From an uncultured Selenomonadales bacterium (GTDB lineage: Bacteria; Bacillota; Negativicutes; Selenomonadales; Selenomonadaceae): a stretch of DNA of 64,000 nt. The stretch lies in contig OMWN01000010.1 of NCBI GenBank assembly GCA_900314765.1, positions 2,854-66,853 on the forward strand, read 5' to 3'. The notes under the pieces were generated by a model. That model was not told the origin of the DNA. It did no database searches and worked only from the letters and a program-made list of their open reading frames with translations. Both the position numbers and the translations under genes were made by a program. Each line of letters starts with the position of its first letter. Positions within the stretch are counted from its first letter, which is position 1. Shown one piece after another: positions 17,742 to 26,203 of this stretch.

Positions 17742-20700
17742 ATGATGAGCAAAAGAAGGAGCAATGCAGAGCTCACAAGCAAAGTGTTGGCAGGACTCGC
17801 GAGCATCGCGGCAGGCACGTTCATTATGGCGCCATTCGCTTCAACGGCTGAGGCAGCCACGGCCGACTACACCTATGTGGATATAGGTAGCGGCACGCAG
17901 ACTGCCAACATCGATGCAAGCACTGGCAACTCGACTGTCGTGGCGCGCGCCGCAGGCGATGCGACGATAAGCGGCGAAGTCAAGGCGGTGAACGCGGCTG
18001 GCACGAATACAGCTGGCGATGCTGTGTACATGATGGTGTCCAATCAAGACATCGATTGGAGCAGGGCAAGCGACAACGGCAGCGGCTTCACGAACATCAT
18101 CGAGAGCATCAACAATTCGACGGCGTCGGCTGAGTTCAGCAATACGGCGTTTAATGCTGGGAATGGCACAATAACGTTTGTGACGGGCGACATAGCGACG
18201 ACGGCGAGTGCTCTTGATGCGGGCGCAAGTGGCAACATATACATCGGACTCTCCGACACTGATGTGAAGGCGCTCGGCACGAACGCAAAAAATCTCAGCG
18301 CATCGGTGACGCTCGATGGTAATAGTAACTTCAGCACGATAACTTCGGCATCCACTTCTAACTCAAATGGATATATTCATTTGACATCACGCGGTACGTT
18401 GAAAGCGGATTCTGCGCAGATTTTTGATAGTTCAGTAGATACAACCACAACAGCAGGTGCAAACCAGAATCCTAGCGCTGTGCGTAGCGATGCCAATGCC
18501 GCCGTTGATTTTGAGGCGGGCACGCTCGAACTCACGGATGACTACTACAATATCGACTACCTCATGACGGCGACGGAACTCATCCACGAGGCCGACAATG
18601 GCACGACAGCTGTGCGATTCAAAAATGGCGCGACAGAGGTTGAAGTGTCAGCTATATCGGTTGATAATAGCTTAAATACTAATGAGGTTACGCTTGGCGT
18701 TTATCATGCATATAAAAGTGCGTATGATGAGCCAGCTTTTTCGAGCAATCAGGCATCAAGCGGACAGATGCGGATTCGTCAGTTTAACTTCACGGCGACT
18801 CCAATAACTGATAAGACGCTTTCATTTTCAGGTGATAACGTAAAGTTTGCGTCGCTTACAGATAATGCGCAGTTGGTGACAGTGAACGGCACGTCGAATG
18901 ATACCGCTTCTGATAAAGTTTCAATAGTTGCGACAAATTATTATGATATTACTAATAGCGTAGAGACAGACAGCACACTGTATTTCGGCCTTGATGGCAA
19001 CACGACAAATATACTTTCTGGCAGTGTTACAGTTGGCCATTCTTCTGACGAGGTAACATTGCAAAATGGCACGGTGGTTCATGATAATTCGTTGCTCGAT
19101 ATTGCTGCTGGCACGCTCAAAGTAACAAATGGAGTGAGCTTGCTTGGTCATGCGACGGCAGAGGTGTCAGAAGGCGCAACGCTCCAGACTGACACAATGA
19201 CGATAAGTTCTACATCGGAAGCGACTAATGGCGCTGAGCTTTCTGTTGATGGTACGCTCAAAGGACTGCACAACGATGGCGTAAAGCTCGATGCTACTGG
19301 TAAGACCATAACGGTAGGTCATTCTAATTCTACTAATTCGACTGACTCCGCAAAAGGCACGCTTATAGTTGATGAAGAGAGTACTTTGACAGGCGCGAGT
19401 ATTTTTGTAGATCCAGCTTGGAATGGAAGCGATACGATCAGTGATGCTTCCAATTTTGCATACGGATCAACTGACCCAGACGATACGAGTACGACTGTTG
19501 ACTATAAATTGACAATAGGACAAAATTCTGTTGGCAGTCTTGGCACGACAAGCACATCGACGGCCGCTAAGCTTTTCGATACGTCCACATATAAGTGGGG
19601 CGATGATGACATCAGTGCCGCGCTGTATCTTGCGAAGCCGACATATCTGAGCAGTGGCTCTGGCGGCATAAAGGTCGACGGCTCACTGACTACAGATAAT
19701 CTTGGTAAAACAGGCTACGAAGCGGCTACGGCAAATAACGCGACGTTTGGTGATAACTCGCTCCTTATGGTCGAAACGAGGGCGCTTAATGGAAATGCCG
19801 CTCTCAATGGAGACGCGAGCAGCACGGTAACAAGCACGCTTACTGTCGGCAATAATGCAAGTTTGCTTCTGTCAGCGGATGTGCTCGGAGATGTCGGCGG
19901 AACAAAGAGCTATGGAATTTATTCTAACTTTACTACTGCAAATAGTACCAATACGACAGATACCAACTGGCTCAATAATACCAACAATATTAGCTTTGAC
20001 AATAAGCTGCTGATGGCATCTAAGGCGCCGGGCGCGAACAACGGGTCAGTCGAGGTCACGCGTCTCTCGACGGCAAGCGTACTGCCTAGCGCTGTGCTTC
20101 CAAATGTCATTGACCATGTGGACCTCACGCGCGACACGACGCACCCGGGCATAAAGTATCTCTATGACGTGACGAGCACGGGACTCACGGACACTGAGTC
20201 CACGGACATGATAAACTTCGCGGCTCAAGCGGGCGAAATCGCTGGCGCAACGGCGACGACCGTGCTAGGAGCGACGGAACTCACGGACACGGCGCAGCAG
20301 CATTTCTCGTGGCTCTCAGGCAGCAAGAAACGCCACGGAGATGACTTCTGGTTCAAATATCTCTACAACAAGACGGACTTCGATGGCCTGTCGCTCGACA
20401 ATTTCCACGGGGCAGACTACGACACGAAGCTCAACGGCGCAATCCTCGGCTGTGATTTGCGCTCTGTCGGCGACTATCGTCAGGGCGTTGCCATCGCCTA
20501 CGGTGATGGCTCGACGGATGGTAGCCTCGCCAATGACGATTACAAACTCTGGACGCTCAGCTATTATGGTAGCCTCATGAGAGACAAAAACAATCTGCTC
20601 TTTGACGTCAGCTATGGCCGTGCTCGTCACGACGTTGACGCGTACTATGCGGGCAGACATTTCGAGATGGAGCCGAAGCACAATATATTCAGCATTGGCG

Positions 20701-21155
20701 TGACGGACGAGTACAAGATTCGCTCCGGCAAGACGAATATCATTCCGCATATTGGCCTGCGCTATATGAATATCAACGCGGACGACTACGACGCGACCAT
20801 CGGCGGCACGCGCGCATTTCACTACGACCCGGGCACGCAGAGCCTCGTTGCTTTGCCTGTCGGCGTTGGCTTCATGAATGTGACGAAGAGCGGCGCTTGG
20901 ATTTATCGCTTCTAGGCTGACCTCTCGTATGTGGGCATCCTCTCGGGACGCGACGCCGATATGGACGTCTCGCTCGCGGGCTACGGCGCGACGGACAATG
21001 TCGAGTACGACATCTCTGACTCGGGATATTTCCGCGGCATGGTCGGGTTCACGGCGAAGCGCGACAACTTCTCATACAACATCGGCTACACGTATCGCAA
21101 GGGCAGCGACACGCAGGGACATCGCGTGATGGCTGGCCTCACATGGAATTTCTGA
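17742..21155 (+). pseudogene. Outer-membrane autotransporter (type Va) interrupted by a single in-frame TAG at 20913-20915
   Basis: A signal peptide ends in FASTAEA. The passenger domain is long and T/S/N/G-rich. The C-terminal beta-barrel strands continue in the same frame across the TAG (..GAWIYRF*ADLSYVGIL..) and end in the OMP signature ..AGLTWNF with a terminal Phe. Confidence 0.8.
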
Positions 21156-21173
21156 CATATTGGCACGAAAAAT

Positions 21174-21212
21174 GGGATGCGGCAAAAATCTTTTGCATCG
21201 CATCCCGTTTTT
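21174..21212 (+). terminator. Intrinsic terminator after the autotransporter
   Basis: GGGATGCG (21174-21181) pairs with CGCATCCC (21199-21206). There is an inner GCAAAA/TTTTGC helix, followed by GTTTTT. Confidence 0.8.
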
Positions 21213-21275
21213 GTTATAATTTTGAACGTACGCAATTCGGTTGGCGGCAATAAATAAAATGGCAGGGTGATTTTG

Positions 21276-22240
21276 ATGGTTGAAAATGCCGAGCTTTACA
21301 AAAAATTTCTTGAGAAAAACAAAATCAACAACTTCGAGATACAGGAGGTCGGCGACGCTCATCACAGTGTGATTTTTCGCTCAATGGTGTCGCATCGCGG
21401 GCAGTACACACCGATTGGCATCATATTCGATGATACGATATACATCATCATCCGCGTGAATTTCGCACCGAAGGCGCTCGATGATGAGAATGCCTACGCC
21501 GTGAGCAATTTCATCATGCGGCTCAATCACGCAAATAAGCTGCTGAAATATTATCTCGCGCCGGACACGTCTGTCATTCTTGATATTTGCATACCGACGT
21601 TGCCAGGACATTTCTCGCCGGAGCTCGTGCAGACACTGCTCGGCGTGGCAGTGCGCGAGGTCGAGGCGCATCAGAGCGAATTCATGAAGCTCATCTGGCA
21701 GGACGCGACGGCTGAGAGCGAGAAGAAAGACGACGCGGCAAAGCCTGATGCGAAGATGGCGAAGACAGAGACGATGGATGAGTCTGTGGCAACAGCGGCG
21801 AATGATGAAGAGACTGAAGATGATGAAGCTGACGCAAGACCAGAAATGAAAGTGGGACGCGTGAGTTATGATAAAGATGATACGGCGTCAAAACAAACCG
21901 AGCAAATCGCGGAGACTGCACAAGTTCAAGAAGCCGTGAAAGCTGAGCAAGAGAAACAGGATGAGCAAGTCGAGCAGACTGGACAAGCTGAGCAAGTCAC
22001 ACAAGCGGAGGCGCTAGCGCCGAAGCGTAGAGTGACGCGCAGGGCGGCGCCGAAGTCGCCGACGATGAAGCGAAGAAAGAGCCAACAAAGACAACTTCAT
22101 CGAAAAAGCAACGGACGCTCGAGGAAATGCTGAAGCTCGCGACGCCCGAGCAACTCATTGAGATGACGAAAAAAGCGACACCCGAACAGTATAAAGCCAT
22201 CACGGCAGAAATCATCAGGCGCAGAAAAGCGAAGCAGTAA
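21276..22240 (+). pseudogene. YbjN-like domain protein with a long acidic low-complexity tail; apparent -1 frame break near 22030
   Basis: The N-terminal ~150 aa resemble the YbjN/chaperone-like fold family (weak call). Frame 0 ends at 22133 in an implausible R/K-rich tail. The -1 frame reads SDAQGGAEVADDEAKKEPTKTT...EEMLKLATPEQLIEMTKKATPEQYKAITAEIIRRRKAKQ* to 22240, which matches the upstream acidic composition. Confidence 0.5.
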
Positions 22241-22284
22241 AGAGAAAAGTTGTCGATAAAAACGCAAAGGTTTTGAAATGAGAT

Positions 22285-22445
22285 GGAAAATGACTCGGCG
22301 ATGCCAGTCCTCATCCACTGCGCAATTTCGACGGGCTCTAAGGCTAGCTTCCTCGCGGCAGAAGCGAGGACACGTCGCTTCGGAGCCAGCTCAAGAGCCC
22401 GTATGAAATTGCTAAGCTCCTTTGGACTGGCATCGCCTCGAGAAT
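22285..22445 (+). ncRNA. Candidate structured RNA / ERIC-like structured repeat, copy 2 (unclassified)
   Basis: It has the same rod fold as copy 1. P1 is 22297-22310 with 22424-22437 (14 bp, perfect). P2 is 22323-22329 with 22405-22411. P3 is ACGGGCTCT (22331-22339) with AGAGCCCGT (22394-22402). TTGTCG-18-TGAAAT lies at 22250-22279. Confidence 0.5.
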
Positions 22446-22460
22446 TTCACAAACGCATAC

Positions 22461-22515
22461 AAAAAGAGGACTGCTCCATTAGCGAAAATCGCTGACGGAA
22501 ACAGTCCTCTTTTTG
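22461..22515. terminator. Bidirectional intrinsic terminator (structured element copy 2 on +, pseudouridine synthase gene on -)
   Basis: AGAGGACTG (22465-22473) pairs with CAGTCCTCT (22502-22510). There is an A-run on the 5' side and a T-run on the 3' side, plus an inner AGCG/CGCT helix. Confidence 0.8.
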
Positions 22516-22518
22516 CAT

Positions 22519-22551
22519 TTAAAATTTTAATTTTAGCTCTGATGATTTTTC
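22519..22551 (-). repeat. Degenerate 33-nt tandem duplicate of the last 10 codons plus stop of the adjacent pseudouridine synthase gene
   Basis: The minus strand reads ..EKSPELKLKF* (gene end, stop at 22552-22554) followed directly by EKSSELKLKF* (22551-22519). All six differences between the two units are G/C to A/T. Confidence 0.7.
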
Positions 22552-23454
22552 TTAGAATTTCAACTTTAGCTCTGGCGACTTTTCTTTGATGTATTGTTTC
22601 ATGTCTTCAGGCAATGGCGCGGTTACCGTCAATTTTTCTTTCGTGACGGGGTGGATGAGGTCTATTCTGTAGGCGTGAAGTGCTTGGCGATTTATTTTGT
22701 CGCTTTTTTCGCCGTAGAGGTCATCGCCAATGAGCGGGTGACCGATGCTCGCGAGGTGCACGCGTATCTGATGCGTGCGACCTGTCACGGGCGCAATGTC
22801 GAGCAGTGTCTCGTCACCGAGCGTCGCCATCGTGCGATAGCGCGTGATGGCAGGTTTACCATCTGCTTCATTCACTTCCTGCTCGATGATGCTGCCGGGT
22901 TTTCTCGCGATGGGCGCGTCGATGATGCCCTCTGGCGGCGTGACGATGCCGCTCGCTATGCCGATGTATCGCCTGTGAAACAGTGCGCCGTCTTTGCCTG
23001 TGAGCTGTGACTGCATGTGCGGCGCCTTCGCGATGAGCACGAGCCCCGACGTATTGCGGTCGAGTCTGTGCATTGGATGAAATATCAGATTTTGGTGCGT
23101 CTTTTCATAGTAGTAAGTCACGCCGTTTGCGAGCGTGGGCTCCGGCTTTTTGTGAGAGACGGGATGGACGAGTAGAGGCGTCGGCTTATTGACAATCAGC
23201 AGATAGTCGTCCTCATAGCGAATGTCGAGCGTCATTTCGATGGGCTCAATCGGCGACGTCTCGTCAAGCGTGCATGTGAGCGTGTCGCCTGCGTGGAGCA
23301 TCGTAAGCGCTATTATCACAGGCTTGCCATTTACCGTGACGGTGCCGTTGTGTTTTATTCTGCGCCAAAGATGAACGGACACGCCGTTTTGCCTGAGAAA
23401 TTTTTTTGCGGGAATTTCGTTCGCGTCATCGGGCAATGTGAATGAGATTTTCAT
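22552..23454 (-). CDS. RluA-family (RluD-like) 23S rRNA pseudouridine synthase
   Basis: N-terminal S4-like domain, HRLDRNTSGL catalytic Asp motif and GRTHQIRVHL motif. Confidence 0.9.
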   Translation of the reverse strand: MKISFTLPDDANEIPAKKFLRQNGVSVHLWRRIKHNGTVTVNGKPVIIALTMLHAGDTLTCTLDETSPIEPIEMTLDIRYEDDYLLIVNKPTPLLVHPVSHKKPEPTLANGVTYYYEKTHQNLIFHPMHRLDRNTSGLVLIAKAPHMQSQLTGKDGALFHRRYIGIASGIVTPPEGIIDAPIARKPGSIIEQEVNEADGKPAITRYRTMATLGDETLLDIAPVTGRTHQIRVHLASIGHPLIGDDLYGEKSDKINRQALHAYRIDLIHPVTKEKLTVTAPLPEDMKQYIKEKSPELKLKF

Positions 23455-24710
23455 TCTGCTTTTTCTTTTGCGTCGCCGCGAATGGCAGCGATGGCGTGTA
23501 TCGCAAGATTGAGAATGATGGCGACAATCGTCGCAAGCGCCATGCCCTGCAGCTTCACTGTGCCAATCGTGATGCTGGCCGTCGATACGCCGATGCCGAG
23601 AACGATGGACGTGAGTATCAGGTTGACAGGATTATTGTAATCGACTTTTGACTCGACGAGAATGCGAATTCCCGACGCCGCGATGACGCCGAACAACAGC
23701 ATGGAGACGCCGCCCATGACAGGCGTCGGTATGCTCTGTATGGCAGCGGCGAGTTTGCCGAAGCACGAGAGGATGATGGCGAATACAGCGGCGCCGCCGA
23801 TGACCCACGTGCTGAACACTTTCGTGATGGCGAGCACACCGATGTTTTCACCGTACGTCGTGTTCGGCGTGGAGCCGAAAAATCCCGAGATGATGGTCGA
23901 TATGCCATTGCCGAAAATCGAGCGGTCGAGTCCTGGGTCCTTCGTGAGATCGGTGCCGACGATATTGCCCGTGACGATGAGGTGGCCGATGTGTTCAACG
24001 ACGACGACGAGCGCGGCAGGGAGGATGATGAGCATGGCGTTGAGATTCCACTCAGGCGTATAGAACGTCGGCAGTGCGAACCACGGCGCATTTGAGATTA
24101 GGCTCCAGTCTATGATGCCGTAGAAGGCCGATATGATGTAGCCCGATACAACGCCGATGAGAATGGGGATGATGGAGAGGAAGCCTTTGAACGCAATCTG
24201 TGAGAAAAGCGTGATGGCGAGTGTGAGTATCGATACGGTGATTGTCGTCGGGTCTGCTTCCTTTGCCGTGAGGCCAGCCATGCCGGCGGCTGTCGGCATG
24301 AGTTCGAGACCGATGACGGCGACGATGGCGCCCATCGCGGCGGGCGGGAAAAGAAAATCAATCCATTTCGTGCCGACGGCTTTGACGATGAGACCGACGA
24401 GGCAGAAAATGGCGCCGACGGCGATGAAGCCACCGAGCGCGGCATTGTAGCTGTATTGCGACAGCACGAGGAACACCGGCGACAAAAATGCGAAGCTCGA
24501 GCCCAAGTATGCGGGGATTTTGCCTTTGCAGAGCACGAGGTAGATGATGGTGCCGATGCCGTTGAAAAGCAGCACCGTGGCAGGATTGATTTTAAATAGG
24601 ATGGGGACGAGCACTGTCGAGCCGAACATCGCGAAAAGATGCTGCAGGCTCAATGGAATTGCTACGGGGATGGGCGGGCGTTCACTGACGCCTATGACAC
24701 GATTTGACAT
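23451..24710 (-). CDS. uraA: Uracil permease (NCS2/uracil-xanthine permease family)
   Basis: 419 aa with about 12-14 TM segments. LQHLFAMFGSTVLVP and FGSTPNTTYGENIGV are NCS2 signatures. Confidence 0.88.
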   Translation of the reverse strand: MSNRVIGVSERPPIPVAIPLSLQHLFAMFGSTVLVPILFKINPATVLLFNGIGTIIYLVLCKGKIPAYLGSSFAFLSPVFLVLSQYSYNAALGGFIAVGAIFCLVGLIVKAVGTKWIDFLFPPAAMGAIVAVIGLELMPTAAGMAGLTAKEADPTTITVSILTLAITLFSQIAFKGFLSIIPILIGVVSGYIISAFYGIIDWSLISNAPWFALPTFYTPEWNLNAMLIILPAALVVVVEHIGHLIVTGNIVGTDLTKDPGLDRSIFGNGISTIISGFFGSTPNTTYGENIGVLAITKVFSTWVIGGAAVFAIILSCFGKLAAAIQSIPTPVMGGVSMLLFGVIAASGIRILVESKVDYNNPVNLILTSIVLGIGVSTASITIGTVKLQGMALATIVAIILNLAIHAIAAIRGDAKEKAE

Positions 24711-24830
24711 TTCATTTGCTCCTTTTGGTACGCATATTAAAATCTAGTCTAATCTATCACAGAATTGACCTTGTTGTCTACCGTTATTAATGATTGCCTA
24801 ATGTATACATTTAGAATCCTAGGGATTCTG

Positions 24831-24859
24831 TGGACAAGTAAACACCTATGATGTATAAT
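24831..24859 (+). promoter_or_regulatory. Sigma-70-type promoter for lysC
   Basis: TGGACA (24831-24836), 17-nt spacer, TATAAT (24854-24859). The palindrome AGAATCC-TAG-GGATTCT (24813-24829) abuts the -35. Confidence 0.6.
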
Positions 24860-24918
24860 AAAGCGCGGTTGATGTAACTTTGTCAATTTGGAATGAATTT
24901 GTATATAGGGGGAAGAAA

Positions 24919-26148
24919 ATGGCACTCATCGTAAAAAAATTCGGGGGAAGCTCCGTAGGTTCTACCGAGAAAATAATGAATGTCGCAAAGCGCGTCATTT
25001 CTGAGAAAAAGCCAGAGGATCAAATCGTCATGGTCGTCTCGGCTATGGGCGACACGACGGATGACCTCATTGATCTTGCAAAGAAGATAAACAAGGACCC
25101 GTATCGCTATGAGCGTGAGATGGATATGCTGCTGACGACCGGTGAGCAGGTCTCCATTGCGCTTCTCACGATGGCGTTCAAGACGCTCGGACAGAAGGCA
25201 ATCTCGCTGACAGGGCCGATGGCGGGCATGCATACAGACTCGACGCACACGAAGGGTCGCATCATGGACATTACTCCGAAGCGCGTCGAGGAGGAACTCA
25301 AAAAGGGCAATATCGTCGTCGTGGCAGGATTCCAAGGCGCAGACGACATCGGCGACCCTGTGACGCTCGGACGTGGCGGCTCCGATACATCGGCTGTCGC
25401 GCTCGCGGGTGCGCTTCATGCGGACAGCTGCGAGATTTTTACGGACGTCGATGGCATATATTCGGCTGACCCACGCGTGGAGCCCGACGCTCGCCGCATG
25501 AAGGAAATCACATACGATGAAATGCTTGAGATGGCGCGCCTCGGAGCGGGCGTCATGCAGCCGCGCTCCGTTGAAATGGGCAAACACATGGGCATTCCGA
25601 TTCATGTGCGTTCGACATTTACGAATAAACCAGGCACAATTATCAGGGAGGACTATACGATGGAAGAAAAAGATTTTGTTATTCGCGGAGTTGCGCACGA
25701 TGCGAAGGTCGCAAAGGTAGCCGTCCTTGGCGTGCCGAATAATCCGGGCATTGCGCGCTCGATATTCATGCCGCTCGCAGACGCGCATGTCGATGTTGAC
25801 ATGATTGTGCAGAGCATCAGGAACATCGAGAAGAATGTCACGGACATGGTGTTCACGATTGCGAGCGATGACCTCGGCCGCGCGAAGGAAATCGTCGACA
25901 AAGTCGCGAACGATCTTAACGCTATCGCTGTGCTCGTCGAGAAAGACGTCGCAAAGGTGTCAATCGTCGGCGCGGGCATGCTCGGCAGCCCGGGCATCGC
26001 GGCGCGCATGTTCGGCGCTTTGGCAGACGCGGGCATCAATATCGATGTCATCAGCACGTCGGAAATCAGCATATCGTGCCTCGTCAAGAAGGCAGACATG
26101 GAGAAGGCCGTCAACGCCATTCATGAAGAATTTTTCCCGAAGAAATAA
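24919..26148 (+). CDS. lysC: Aspartate kinase
   Basis: MALIVKKFGGSSVGS N-terminus, amino-acid kinase domain and two C-terminal ACT domains. GGGGGAAG RBS upstream of the ATG at 24919. Confidence 0.93.
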   Translation: MALIVKKFGGSSVGSTEKIMNVAKRVISEKKPEDQIVMVVSAMGDTTDDLIDLAKKINKDPYRYEREMDMLLTTGEQVSIALLTMAFKTLGQKAISLTGPMAGMHTDSTHTKGRIMDITPKRVEEELKKGNIVVVAGFQGADDIGDPVTLGRGGSDTSAVALAGALHADSCEIFTDVDGIYSADPRVEPDARRMKEITYDEMLEMARLGAGVMQPRSVEMGKHMGIPIHVRSTFTNKPGTIIREDYTMEEKDFVIRGVAHDAKVAKVAVLGVPNNPGIARSIFMPLADAHVDVDMIVQSIRNIEKNVTDMVFTIASDDLGRAKEIVDKVANDLNAIAVLVEKDVAKVSIVGAGMLGSPGIAARMFGALADAGINIDVISTSEISISCLVKKADMEKAVNAIHEEFFPKK

Positions 26149-26203
26149 TTTCCTGATGAAATAATTTCCCTAAAAATATTTTGTGTTATAAGGAGATAAT
26201 CAC

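Noticed and set aside
20913-20915. The in-frame TAG in the autotransporter read as programmed recoding (pyrrolysine or read-through).
   Set aside because: The window contains no pyl genes or other recoding signals, and TAG is used as an ordinary stop elsewhere. A nonsense mutation or a sequencing error is the simpler explanation.
22127-22240. An independent 37-aa ORF (MLKLATPEQLIEMTKK..) overlapping the stop of the YbjN-like gene.
   Set aside because: The same frame stays open and compositionally continuous with the upstream acidic tail back to 22031. A frame break in a single gene explains it better. It remains an alternative if orthologues show two genes.
24711-24918. A lysine riboswitch upstream of lysC, or a PyrR attenuator upstream of uraA.
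   Set aside because: The predicted lysC 5' UTR is only about 55 nt, too short for an L-box. I found no ARUCCAGAGAGGYU-like PyrR binding loop on the minus strand.
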